Positions 17,926 through 26,609 of a stretch of 64,000 nt of DNA are shown here, in pieces. Made by a program: the position numbers and the translations under genes. Source of the DNA: Candidatus Azotimanducaceae bacterium (lineage in GTDB: Bacteria > Pseudomonadota > Gammaproteobacteria > Pseudomonadales > Azotimanducaceae); assembly GCA_965199945.1 (NCBI GenBank), contig OZ241354.1, positions 996,638 through 1,060,637 on the forward strand, given 5' to 3'. The notes below the pieces were generated by a model. The model worked only from the letters and a program-made list of their open reading frames with translations. It did no database searches and was not told where the DNA came from. Each line of letters starts with the position of its first letter. Within the stretch, counting starts at the first letter, position 1.

Positions 17926-18843
17926 ATGAGAGCGCCTCCGCCGGTCAGCGCGGCCGCGGCCGCCGCCTCGAATGTCGGCGCAACCCGCGCGGACGACGTG
18001 TTCTATCCGAGCTCGGACGGCAGGCCGATGGCGGACGACATGTGGCAGGGGACAGCCCTCAGGAGCGCCGCCGGCGATCTCGAAGCGGTGCGCCCGACGG
18101 CGCTGGTGGCGTGGGCCATCCTGGTGTACCCGGAGGAGGGGAACAACAAGAACCGCATCGCGTCGGACGTGCTGGTGGGGCTTGGACTGGGAACGCACAA
18201 CCGATCGAGCTACTTCGTCTGGGAGGAGGGCAAGCCGCCGGACTGGGTTCTGGAGGTGGCGTCGCCCCGCAAGCAGGCGGAGGACCGGGGCTACAAGCGG
18301 CGCTACTACGCGGAGATGGGCGTGCCGGAATACTGGATGTTCGATCCCAAGGGCGACTTGTACCCGCCCGGGATCCCACGGCTGCAGGGGCTGAAGCTGG
18401 TGGACGGCGAGTACCGTCCGTTGGAATCGCGGGTGGTGGACGGCGAGTGGACGATCCGCAGCGAGGTGCTGGGCCTGGATATCCGCGTGGATGGCGAGCT
18501 GCTTCGCTTCCGGGACGTCGCGACGGGCCGGGATGTCCTCCGCCGCAGCGAGGTCGAGGCGGCCATTGAACGGTACCAGGCGGCCACTAGACGGCACCGG
18601 GCGGCCACTGAACGGCACCGAGCGGCCACTGAACGCGCCTTGGCGGACGCCGAACGGCACAGGGCGGCCACTGAACGCGCCCGGTCTAGGCGGGAAGCCC
18701 TGCGCAAGGCCGCCGAAGTCCGCGCCGAGCAGGAAAAAGCCCGGGCCGAGCAGGAAGCTACCCTTCGCTCGGCTGCCGAGGCTCGCATCGCGGAGTTGGA
18801 GGCTGCACTGCGGCGCTCAAGGGCGGGCCATCCCGCTGAATAG
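17926..18843 (+). CDS. Uma2-family (DUF820, PD-(D/E)xK-like) endonuclease with C-terminal heptad-repeat extension, copy 1
   Basis: ORF 17926..18843. YPSSDGRPMADDMWQ...SDVLVGLG...PDWVLEVASP...KRRYYAEMGVPEYWMFDP is typical of Uma2. The C-terminal tail is ERHRAATERHRAATER...AEQEKARAEQEA. RBS AAGGAGA precedes the ATG. Confidence 0.8.
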   Translation: MRAPPPVSAAAAAASNVGATRADDVFYPSSDGRPMADDMWQGTALRSAAGDLEAVRPTALVAWAILVYPEEGNNKNRIASDVLVGLGLGTHNRSSYFVWEEGKPPDWVLEVASPRKQAEDRGYKRRYYAEMGVPEYWMFDPKGDLYPPGIPRLQGLKLVDGEYRPLESRVVDGEWTIRSEVLGLDIRVDGELLRFRDVATGRDVLRRSEVEAAIERYQAATRRHRAATERHRAATERALADAERHRAATERARSRREALRKAAEVRAEQEKARAEQEATLRSAAEARIAELEAALRRSRAGHPAE

Positions 18844-19008
18844 CCGCTGACAGTCGCTCCCGCAGGTCTTTCGCGCATCCGATCGCCGCGATTTCGCACA
18901 CGACGCATGGCGATTGTCCTACAGACGGGCGCATTTCAAGCCCCGACACTGTCCGCCGAGACCGTGCCCAACGGCGCGGGGACAGAACGGGGCGCGGCCT
19001 CGGCCGCG

Positions 19009-19062
19009 ATGAACCATGCTACTTTCGCCAGCGACGAGAACGCGAGGGGAACCCGCGCATGA
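19009..19062 (+). other. Conserved 17-codon upstream ORF (MNHATFASDENARGTRA) ahead of Uma2 copy 2
   Basis: Paralogous to 17813-17866, with the same length. Confidence 0.3.
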
Positions 19063-19185
19063 GAGCCCTCAGCCGGGAGCGCGAGGGGAACCCTCGCAAG
19101 CAAGGAGCCCTCAGCGGGGAGCGCGAGGGCACCCCTCGCATGTAAAGAGCCCTCAGCAGGGAGCGCGAGGGGAACCCTCGCATGA
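19040..19185 (+). repeat. Four hairpin units, three of them in a 42-bp tandem array, in the 5' leader of Uma2 copy 2
   Basis: AGCCCTCAG starts at 19064, 19106 and 19148 (period 42). Each unit carries a GCGAGGGG-N-CCCTCGC palindrome. One degenerate unit lies at 19041-19057. Confidence 0.75.
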
Positions 19186-19202
19186 AGAAGGAGAACAGCC
19201 AC

Positions 19203-20150
19203 ATGAGAGCGCCTCTGCCGGTCACCGCGGCCGCGGCTGCCGCCGCCTCGAACGTCGGCGCCGTGCGCGTGGACGACGTGTTCTACCCGAGCTCGGACGG
19301 TAGGCCGATGTCGGACAACATGTGGCAGGGGAAAGCCATTACGAACGCCGACGGCGACCTCGAATCGGCCCACCCGAAGGCGCTCGTGGCGGCGGACATC
19401 CTCGTGTACCCGGAGAAGGGGAACAACAGGAACCGCATTGCGCCGGACGTGCTGGTGGCGCTCGGGCTGGGAATGCACTACCGCTCGAGCTACTTCGTGT
19501 GGGAGGAGGGCAAGCCCCCGGACTGGGTTCTGGAGGTGGCGTCGCCGAGCACGAAGAAGAAGGATCTGGACGACAAGCGGCGCAAGTACGCGGAGATGGG
19601 CGTGCCGGAGTACTGGCTGTTCGATCCCAAGGGCGACGTTTACCCGCCCGGGACGCCGCGGCTGCAGGGGCTGAAGCTGGTGGACGGCGAGTACCGTCCG
19701 CTGAAGTCGCGCCTCGTGGACGGCAAGCGGATGATCCGCAGCGAAGTGCTGGGCTTGGACGTGCGCGTGGATGGCAAGCTGCTCCGCTTCCGGGACGTCG
19801 CGACGGGCCGGGACATCCAACATCGCAGCGAGGTCGAGGCGGACAAGAAACGCGCCCTGGCGGCCATTGAACGGCACCGGGCGGCCACTGAACGCGCCCA
19901 CGCGGCCACCGAACGCGCCCACGCAGCCACCGAACGCGCTCAAGCCCAGGCCAGGCAGGAAGCTGCGCAGCGCAAGAACGCCGAAGCCCACGCCAAGCAG
20001 GAAGCGGCCCGCGCCGAACAGGAGGCGGCCCGTGCCAAGCAGGAGGCCGCCCGTGCGGAACGGGAAGCTGCCCTTCGCTCGGCTGCCGAAGCGCGCATCG
20101 CGGAGTTGGAGGCCGCGCAGCGGCTCCCGAAGGGCGGGCCATCCCAGTGA
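19203..20150 (+). CDS. Uma2-family endonuclease with C-terminal coiled-coil extension, copy 2 (tandem paralogue)
   Basis: Within ORF 19182..20150. The ATG at 19203 is positionally equivalent to 17926 (GAAGGAGAACAGCCACATG). The protein is collinear with copy 1. Confidence 0.8.
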   Translation: MRAPLPVTAAAAAAASNVGAVRVDDVFYPSSDGRPMSDNMWQGKAITNADGDLESAHPKALVAADILVYPEKGNNRNRIAPDVLVALGLGMHYRSSYFVWEEGKPPDWVLEVASPSTKKKDLDDKRRKYAEMGVPEYWLFDPKGDVYPPGTPRLQGLKLVDGEYRPLKSRLVDGKRMIRSEVLGLDVRVDGKLLRFRDVATGRDIQHRSEVEADKKRALAAIERHRAATERAHAATERAHAATERAQAQARQEAAQRKNAEAHAKQEAARAEQEAARAKQEAARAEREAALRSAAEARIAELEAAQRLPKGGPSQ

Positions 20151-20219
20151 ATAGCCACTGACCTGCGATTTGCCACACACCCTCGCCGCGCGTCGGCGAA
20201 AGTCGGCGCTGTGCCCGAG

Positions 20220-20251
20220 CTATGCGTCGCAATCCGCCCGATTGGTCGAGA
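20220..20251. repeat. Direct repeat copy 2 (att-like): the functional 3' end of the cytochrome c gene
   Basis: CTAtGCGTCGCAATCCgcCCGATTGGTCGAGA; see 13215-13246. Confidence 0.8.
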
Positions 20252-20573
20252 TGTACGCCACGAGGCGCCAGATGTCGTCGTCGCCTTGGGGGAGCTTGCC
20301 CTTGAAGCCGATCATCGCCGTGTCCGGCACGCCGCTGGCGATGATGTCGAAGAGTTCCTGGTCGCCACCCGTGCCGTTCTGCCAAGTGCAGTCGAACAGG
20401 TTGGGGGCGGCGCGCTCCACCGTCGGGCTGTGGCAGTAGCCGGCGCAGGTGCCCACGAACAGCGACTTGCCGCGTTGCAGCGCCTGCTGGTCGGCGCGAA
20501 AGGCGTCCGCCGGGCTCTCCGGCTGACAGGCAGCGGCGCAGAGGGCGAGCAGCAGCGCGACGCTCGAACGCAC
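20220..20573 (-). CDS. Periplasmic c-type cytochrome (XoxG/PedF-like partner of the PQQ dehydrogenase)
   Basis: ORF 20220..20573. Signal/lipobox-like MRSSVALLLALCAAAC and heme motif CAGYCH. It is the last gene of the PQQ-dehydrogenase operon. Confidence 0.8.
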   Translation of the reverse strand: MRSSVALLLALCAAACQPESPADAFRADQQALQRGKSLFVGTCAGYCHSPTVERAAPNLFDCTWQNGTGGDQELFDIIASGVPDTAMIGFKGKLPQGDDDIWRLVAYISTNRADCDA

Positions 20574-20579
20574 GGCGCA

Positions 20580-21386
20580 CTAGGGCGCAAGCAGCGCTTG
20601 CATGGACGCCCGCGTGTGCGTGGTCTCGAAGGGAGCGTGGGCGGGGAAGCGGTGCTGCCGCATGAGCGCCAGCAGGGCCGCTTGCACGGCCTCATCGGCA
20701 AAGGCGCGGTTCAACGCCGCCAGCAGCGGATCGTCCCGCCGGGCGGTGGCATGCAGGTTCCAACGCAGCACCGCCGGCGGCGCGAAACCGTCGTTCCGGC
20801 CGATGTCCACCGTCGCCAAGTCGGGGCCCCACACAAGCGCAGACGTGGCCGCCCCGGTGCGCAGCGCGGCGAGGATGCCAGCGGTCTCCGCCTGCATGGT
20901 CCAGCGCGCGCCAAGCGCGTCTACGGCGACATGCGCCACGGAATTGGCGCGCACCGCCACCACGCCGGCGTAGGGTTCCTTCCAGCGGAAGGCGGAACCG
21001 GCCGGCAGGAGCTCGAAGGCGGCGCCGTAGTAGGGCTCGCTCAGCACCAATCGACCGCGAAAGCGGGCGATCGCGTCTGCGCCGGGCACCGAGAGCTGCG
21101 CGTCGCACTGGCCGGTCAGGATCGGCCGGTAGTCCACGTCGGTGGATTCGATGTCGGTCTGATAGCGCTCCGCGACCCAGACGATGCGCAAGTTCCGCTG
21201 CAAGTGCCGAGCGAGCAGCCGCGCCACGTCCACGTCGAAGCCTTGGGCGCCGGCGCGGAGCGACCGCGGCGGGTCGTTCTCCGCGAAGCAGACGGAGAGC
21301 TGGGCCTCTTGCGCGGCAGGTGTCGCGGCAATTGCCGCAACTGCGGCGCTGGCGGCCAAGGCGGCCGCCAGAGCCAGACGCCTCAT
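20580..21386 (-). CDS. Quinoprotein-dehydrogenase-associated periplasmic substrate-binding protein (XoxJ/MoxJ-like)
   Basis: This is the last 268 codons of ORF 20580..23222, starting MRRLALAAALAASAAVAAIA (ATG 21386). It has a type-2 SBP-like sequence and sits between the PQQ dehydrogenase and the cytochrome c. Confidence 0.7.
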   Translation of the reverse strand: MRRLALAAALAASAAVAAIAATPAAQEAQLSVCFAENDPPRSLRAGAQGFDVDVARLLARHLQRNLRIVWVAERYQTDIESTDVDYRPILTGQCDAQLSVPGADAIARFRGRLVLSEPYYGAAFELLPAGSAFRWKEPYAGVVAVRANSVAHVAVDALGARWTMQAETAGILAALRTGAATSALVWGPDLATVDIGRNDGFAPPAVLRWNLHATARRDDPLLAALNRAFADEAVQAALLALMRQHRFPAHAPFETTHTRASMQALLAP

Positions 21387-21412
21387 CGACGCGCAGGTTG
21401 AGCGCTGGGCGC

Positions 21413-23236
21413 TCAATCCGGCAGCGCGAAGACGAACAAGTGGCCGCCTTCCGGAATCGCCGTGCGGCCGCCGGCGAAGGCCACGAAGGTGGCGTAGTTG
21501 CCGGAGCCGATGGCGACATACGTCTTGCCGCCGGCGCGGTAGGCCACCGGCTGGCTGCGCATGCCGCTGCCCATGCGGAACCGCCACAGCAATTCGCCGC
21601 TCGCCGCATCCAACGCCAAGGCGAAGCCCTCCTGGTTGCCGGTGAAGACGACGCCGCTCGCCAGCGACAGCACGCCGCCCATCATCGGGTCGCGGTCCAT
21701 GTAGCGCCAGCGCACTTCGCCGGTGTGGACGTCGATGGCGGAGAGATGGCCGTGCGCCTTGCCTGCCTCCACGTCGATGGGAATGGGCGTGCCGCCCATG
21801 AACGGCTGGCCCTTCACGAACGCCGTGATGCCCTTTTGGTAGTACTGGCACGATTCCACCACGGGAATGTAGGCGAGGCTCAAGTCTGGATTGAGAGCGC
21901 CCGTCCACGCGCCGTTCATGCCGCCTAGGTTGCTGGGGCAAACGCGGTAGTTTGGTTCCTCGGTGGGATTGGCGCGCGGATCCACCACCGGCCGCCCGTT
22001 CTCGTCGAGCGTTGCCCAGTTGAGTTCCTCCACGTAGATGCTGGCGTCGATGAAAGCGCCGGTGGCGCGATCGAGGATGTAGAAGAAGCCGTTGCGGTTG
22101 GCTTGCACGATGGCTGGGGTGACGGCCCCGTCGCGCTCGACGTCGACGAGGAACAGCTGCGTGTTGCCGTCGTAGTCCCACACGTCGTGGGGCGTGAACT
22201 GGAAGTGCCAAAGGCGCTCGCCGGTGTCGGGATTTACCGCCAGCAGGCTGTTGGAGTAGAGGTTGTCGCCGGCGCGCAGATCGCCGTTCCAGTCCGGAGA
22301 GGGGTTGCCGGTGGTCCAATAAAGCACGTCGGCTTCGGGATCGTAGGCGCCGCTGGTCCAAGCCGGAGCGCCGCCCGTCTTCCACGAATCGCCCGCCCAC
22401 GTCTCCACGCCCGGCTCGCCTTCCACGGGCACGGTGTAGTGGCGCCAGCGCAGTTCGCCGGTGGCCACGTCGTAGGCGTCGAAGAAGCCGCGCACGCCGA
22501 ACTCCCCGCCGGCGATGCCGATGACGGCCATGTCCTTGACGATCATGGGCATGGAGGTGGCGCTGAAGCCCTCGTCGTGTTCCGCCAACGTCACTTCCCA
22601 CCGCTTCTCGCCGGTGAGCCGGTGGAACGCCACCATCTTGGCATCCAGAGTCGCCATCAGCACCAGATCGCCGCTCAGCGCGGCGCCCCGATTCACCGTG
22701 CCGCAGCAGAGCTTCATGTCCTGGCGATCCGGCAGCGGATGGTCGTAGCGCCAGTAGATCTCGCCGGTCTCGGCGTTCAGTGCGAACAGGCGGTTGAACG
22801 AGGTGGTGACGTACATGATGCCGTCGTAGATCGTCGGCGACACCTCGAACTGCTCCGTGGTGCCGGTGGGAAACGCCCAGGCCACCTCGAGGTCGGCCAC
22901 GTTGGCCGGCGTGATGTCGTCGATGGGCGAGTGGCGAAGATTGGCGTAGTCGCCGCCGTAGAGCAGCCACTTCTCGGGATCGGCCGGGCCAGCCAGCAGA
23001 TCGGCGTTGGTCGTCGGCCCGCCGCCGTTGCCGATGGGCTCGTCGATCGTCCAGTGCGTGGGCAAGGGGGGCGCCGCGGCCGCTTCCACGGCCATCTCGG
23101 CGACGGGCGCGGCTTCGGCGGGGGCCTGCTCTTCCTGCGGAGGAACCGCAGTGGATTCCGGCGGCTGGCAGCCGAGCGACAGTGCGGCGGCGACGAACGC
23201 GGCGACGCCGAGCGCAGCGCATTTGGAATGGTTCAC
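21413..23236 (-). CDS. PQQ-dependent dehydrogenase, methanol/ethanol family (XoxF/PedH-like, predicted lanthanide type), lipoprotein signal
   Basis: Within ORF 21413..23275. Vicinal disulfide KLCCGTVNRG, W-rich propeller repeats, and DVWDYDGNTQ (Asp two residues after the catalytic Asp). GTG 23236 is preceded by GGAGG. Signal peptide ends in the lipobox LSLGC. Confidence 0.88.
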   Translation of the reverse strand: MNHSKCAALGVAAFVAAALSLGCQPPESTAVPPQEEQAPAEAAPVAEMAVEAAAAPPLPTHWTIDEPIGNGGGPTTNADLLAGPADPEKWLLYGGDYANLRHSPIDDITPANVADLEVAWAFPTGTTEQFEVSPTIYDGIMYVTTSFNRLFALNAETGEIYWRYDHPLPDRQDMKLCCGTVNRGAALSGDLVLMATLDAKMVAFHRLTGEKRWEVTLAEHDEGFSATSMPMIVKDMAVIGIAGGEFGVRGFFDAYDVATGELRWRHYTVPVEGEPGVETWAGDSWKTGGAPAWTSGAYDPEADVLYWTTGNPSPDWNGDLRAGDNLYSNSLLAVNPDTGERLWHFQFTPHDVWDYDGNTQLFLVDVERDGAVTPAIVQANRNGFFYILDRATGAFIDASIYVEELNWATLDENGRPVVDPRANPTEEPNYRVCPSNLGGMNGAWTGALNPDLSLAYIPVVESCQYYQKGITAFVKGQPFMGGTPIPIDVEAGKAHGHLSAIDVHTGEVRWRYMDRDPMMGGVLSLASGVVFTGNQEGFALALDAASGELLWRFRMGSGMRSQPVAYRAGGKTYVAIGSGNYATFVAFAGGRTAIPEGGHLFVFALPD

Positions 23237-23377
23237 GGCATGGCCTCCCAGGTTCCCTCTGATTCGTGCGGCCATTATTGCCTAAACGACGCCTTCCCTG
23301 TTTGCTGGCGTGCAGGCGGGGCAGCAGAGGGAAGCGACGGCTCCTTTGGACGCGACGTGTCGCGGCCTTGGAGGCCT

Positions 23378-24235
23378 TCAGGCGAGCTGCTTGCGCACCT
23401 CTTCGGCGAAGTTCTCCTCGCCCTTGTCGATGCCTTCGCCGACCTCGAAGCGCTCGAAGCCGGCGCAGGCGGCCTTTGCGTCCGAAAGCAGCTTGGCGAC
23501 CTTGACGTCGCCGTCCTTCACGAAATCCTGTTCGAGCAGGCTGGATTCGGCGAGGAACTTGCGCACGCGCCCGTCGACGATCCGTTCCAGGATGTGCTGC
23601 GGCTTGGGCTTGGCGGCCTCGGCCTGCTCCTGGGCCGTCTGCTCCTCGAAGAGCTTGCGCTCCTTGGCCACGACGTCCGCCGGCATGTCTTCGGGCCGCA
23701 CGACCAAGGGGCGCATGGCCGTGACGTGCATCGCCAGATCGCGCGCCAAGGCCGGCGCGTCGGCGGAGAGCGCCACCAGAGCGCCTTTCTTCGCGTCCTG
23801 ATGCAGGTAGCTGGCGACGATGCCGCCCCCGGGGGCGTCCAAGCTGGCGGCCCGGCGCACGCGGATGTTCTCGCCCACTTCCTGCACCAGCGCTTGGCGC
23901 TCGCCTTCCAACGCTTCCGCGAGACCGTCGGCGCCGCGTTCGAGCACGGCGTCCACGGCGCGCTCGACGAAGGCGACGAACTTGGGATTGCGCGCCGCGA
24001 AATCAGTCTCGATGTTCACTTCCACGATGGCGCCGCGTTGGCCGGCGACCTTGACGCCCAGCAGCCCCTCGGCGGCGGTGCGGTCGGCCTTCTTCTCGGC
24101 CTTGGCGCCGCTTTGCAGACGCACGATGTCCACGGCCCGGGCCATGTCCCAATCCGCTTCCGCGAGCGCTTTCTTGCAGTCTCCGAAACCAACGCCTGTG
24201 CGTTCGCGCAGTTCCTTGATCATGGCCACGTTCAT
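23378..24235 (-). CDS. tsf: Translation elongation factor Ts
   Basis: C-terminal part of ORF 23378..25264. MNVAMIKELRERTGVGFGDCKKALAEADWDMARAVD. Lies downstream of rpsB. Confidence 0.95.
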   Translation of the reverse strand: MNVAMIKELRERTGVGFGDCKKALAEADWDMARAVDIVRLQSGAKAEKKADRTAAEGLLGVKVAGQRGAIVEVNIETDFAARNPKFVAFVERAVDAVLERGADGLAEALEGERQALVQEVGENIRVRRAASLDAPGGGIVASYLHQDAKKGALVALSADAPALARDLAMHVTAMRPLVVRPEDMPADVVAKERKLFEEQTAQEQAEAAKPKPQHILERIVDGRVRKFLAESSLLEQDFVKDGDVKVAKLLSDAKAACAGFERFEVGEGIDKGEENFAEEVRKQLA

Positions 24236-24270
24236 GCGTCTGTTCCTCGATGCCTGGCGCTTGAGCCGTC

Positions 24271-25173
24271 CTATGCCGTCGGTGTTGTCGGTGCCGCTGT
24301 CGTTGCGGGTGCTGCGGGAGTTGCGGGCGCTGCGGGAGTTGCGGGTGCCGCGGGAGTTGCGGGCGTCGCGGGCGCTGCGGAAGTTGCCGGTGCTGCGGGC
24401 GTCGCCGCCGGTGCGGCGGGCGTCGTTGCCGATGCGGCCGGCGCCGAGTCTTCGAGATCGACGAACTCCTCGATGGCGACATCGCCCGAGCTCTGCGCCT
24501 TGCCTTCCTCGATGGCGTCGGCGATGGCCGTCACGAACAGCTGCACGGCGCGAATGGCGTCGTCGTTGCCGGGGATCACGAAGTCCACGCCGTGCGGATC
24601 GCTGTTGGTATCCACGACGCCGATGACCGGGATGCCCAGCTTGTTGGCTTCGGTCACCGCGATGCGCTCGTAGTGGACGTCGACGACGAACATCGCGTCC
24701 GGCAGCCCGCCCATGTCCTTGATGCCGCCGAGACTGCGCTGCAGCTTCTCCATCATCCGCCGCCGCTGCAAGCCTTCCTTCTTGGTGAGCAGATCGAAGG
24801 TGCCGTCTTCGGCCTGCGTCTCCAGGTCGGCCAGACGGCGAATGGACTGGCGGATGGTCTTGTAGTTGGTGAGCGTGCCGCCGAGCCAGCGCTGGTCGAT
24901 GTACGGCATCCCGACGCGCTCGGCCTGTTCGCGGATCACCTTGGAGGCGGCGCGCTTGGTGCCGACGAAGAGCACCTTGTTGCGCCTGGCCGCCAGACGC
25001 CGCACTTCGACGAGGGCGGCTTCGAGCGCCTGCACGGTGGCGTCGAGGTTGATGATGTGGATCTGGTTGCGGGCCCCGAAGATGTGTTCTTCCATCTTCG
25101 GATTCCAAAAGCGCGTGCGGTGGCCGAAGTGGACCCCAGCCGCCAGCAGATCGCGCATGGTGGGCGTTGCCAT
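24271..25173 (-). CDS. rpsB: 30S ribosomal protein S2 with Pro/Ala/Thr-rich C-terminal extension
   Basis: Within ORF 24271..25230. [27 protein letters not shown]. The C-terminal tail is [58 protein letters not shown]. Confidence 0.95.
   Translation of the reverse strand: MATPTMRDLLAAGVHFGHRTRFWNPKMEEHIFGARNQIHIINLDATVQALEAALVEVRRLAARRNKVLFVGTKRAASKVIREQAERVGMPYIDQRWLGGTLTNYKTIRQSIRRLADLETQAEDGTFDLLTKKEGLQRRRMMEKLQRSLGGIKDMGGLPDAMFVVDVHYERIAVTEANKLGIPVIGVVDTNSDPHGVDFVIPGNDDAIRAVQLFVTAIADAIEEGKAQSSGDVAIEEFVDLEDSAPAASATTPAAPAATPAAPATSAAPATPATPAAPATPAAPATPAAPATTAAPTTPTA
24274..24425. repeat. Imperfect 18-bp tandem repeats encoding the (PAAPAT)n tail of S2
   Basis: The plus strand reads gctgcgggagttgcgggc / gctgcgggagttgcgggt / gccgcgggagttgcgggc, and so on. 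Confidence 0.8.
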
Positions 25174-25435
25174 GTCGAAAGCTCCTTCGGGTTGCCTTTC
25201 CGCTTGGCGTCGCGCCGCTGAATCCGCCACGCGAAGTGGCCACCCGCAGCGGCGTTGAAATCAACGCGGCGTCTATTTCCCTCGTCTTGGAGCGGCACTC
25301 CGCGGCGAAGGCGCGGCCTTATACCACACTCGCGCCCACGGGCGCAGTCTTCGGCGCGGCGCCGGCCGAGTTGAAGCGCGTTCGACCGCGCAAGTTGCGC
25401 GTCCTTTGGCGGCGGTCAAGGCCGCCGGCTCGGCC

Positions 25436-26605
25436 TCAGCGCCCCGGGTGGTTGTGCGTCGCCTCCGCACCCATGTGGTCGTGGAACGACGGGATGCCGA
25501 AGGACACCCGGTGGTACTGGTCGGTAGTCAGCACGCCCTTGGCGATGGCGTCGTTCAGCACGTCGTCCGCATCCGGCGTCGCAAGCGCGCTGGCTGCGTC
25601 GTCCCAGAACAGCACCTTGTCGCCGCGCTCGTGCATGTGCTTGGCCAACGTCAGCATCAGCGCTGGCCGCTCCATGCTGGCGAGCCGCTCGTTGTAGTAG
25701 CGCGTCCGCTGCGCGTCGCCGTAGGCGAGCGCGTCGACGATGGCCGCGTCGGAGTCGAGATTCCCGTGCTGCGCTGCGGCCTCGACCGCGCCGCGCAAGT
25801 AGCCGTGGATGTGCTGCGGAAAGCCCATGGACGCCGCGGCGAGCGGGCCTGCGCGGGCCTTGTCGATGCCGACTCCCAGCGCCTCCAGGCCGCGCACAAT
25901 CGCCGTCGAGGCGTCGGTTTCGTCCAAGGGGCCGAGCGTCAGCCGCTCGGCAAAGCGCGAGATGCCGCTCTCGTCCAACGTGCCGTCCGCCTTGCGCATC
26001 GTCGCGGCGAGGCGCATGGCGGCGTGCTGCAAGCCGGCGCCGACCAGCATGATCGGGCACTCGTGCATCCCCTCGTGGAGGGCGAGGAGCGTGCGGCGCT
26101 CGTCCACGCCGATCGCTTGGATTTCGTCCACGGCCACGACCAGGGTTCTGCCCTGCCACAGCGCGCCGCGCTTGGAGCGGACGAGCATGGCGTTGATCGA
26201 CAGTCCCAAAGGGGTGGCCCGTTGCGCGGAGACGCCGACGCCGGCGATCTTCGCGCCCGTCAAGCCGCCGGCCTCGTCGGCGATCTGCTTGGCGGCGCGG
26301 TCGTCCCCGCCCAGGGCGTGGACGATGCTGGCGAAGAGCGCCAGCGGGTTCGCCAAATCGGCGGCGGGCACTCGCAGTGCAGCGATTCGGTGGTCGTCCT
26401 GCACGGCTGCCGAACCGAACTGCGACAGGAGCTGCGTCTTGCCGACGCCTTGGACGCCGTCGACGAGCACCATTCCCCCGTGCGGATCCCGCGTCTCGTG
26501 GATGTGCCGCAGCCGGTCGTGCAGCGCTTCGAGTTCCCGGTGCCGGCCGGCGAAGTAGGGCGGCGCATCCCGCGCCGAGCCGAGCGACAGGGCTGCGTCT
26601 TTCAC
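25436..26605 (-). CDS. P-loop NTPase (AAA/ORC-Cdc6-like ATP-binding protein), function unknown
   Basis: Within ORF 25436..26776. Walker A VDGVQGVGKTQLL and Walker B TLVVAVDEIQ. GTG 26605 lies 4 nt after the rhomboid stop; upstream codons overlap the rhomboid gene. Confidence 0.7.
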   Translation of the reverse strand: MKDAALSLGSARDAPPYFAGRHRELEALHDRLRHIHETRDPHGGMVLVDGVQGVGKTQLLSQFGSAAVQDDHRIAALRVPAADLANPLALFASIVHALGGDDRAAKQIADEAGGLTGAKIAGVGVSAQRATPLGLSINAMLVRSKRGALWQGRTLVVAVDEIQAIGVDERRTLLALHEGMHECPIMLVGAGLQHAAMRLAATMRKADGTLDESGISRFAERLTLGPLDETDASTAIVRGLEALGVGIDKARAGPLAAASMGFPQHIHGYLRGAVEAAAQHGNLDSDAAIVDALAYGDAQRTRYYNERLASMERPALMLTLAKHMHERGDKVLFWDDAASALATPDADDVLNDAIAKGVLTTDQYHRVSFGIPSFHDHMGAEATHNHPGR

Positions 26606-26609
26606 GTCG

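Noticed and set aside
19040-19185. 42-bp repeats considered as a small CRISPR array
   Set aside because: The units are contiguous with no unique spacers. There are only 3-4 copies and no cas genes, and the same unit sits in the paralogous leader at 17845-17912.
20580-23222. 880-aa minus-strand ORF
   Set aside because: Only the last 268 codons (from MRRLALAAAL, 21386) look like a real periplasmic binding protein. The upstream part is an alternative frame of the PQQ-dehydrogenase gene.
25174-25435. Structured rpsB leader or promoter upstream of rpsB, and a terminator hairpin after the ATPase gene
   Set aside because: The stems I could find by eye were short and ambiguous, and I could not match them to the known S2 autoregulatory leader. 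Not reported as features.
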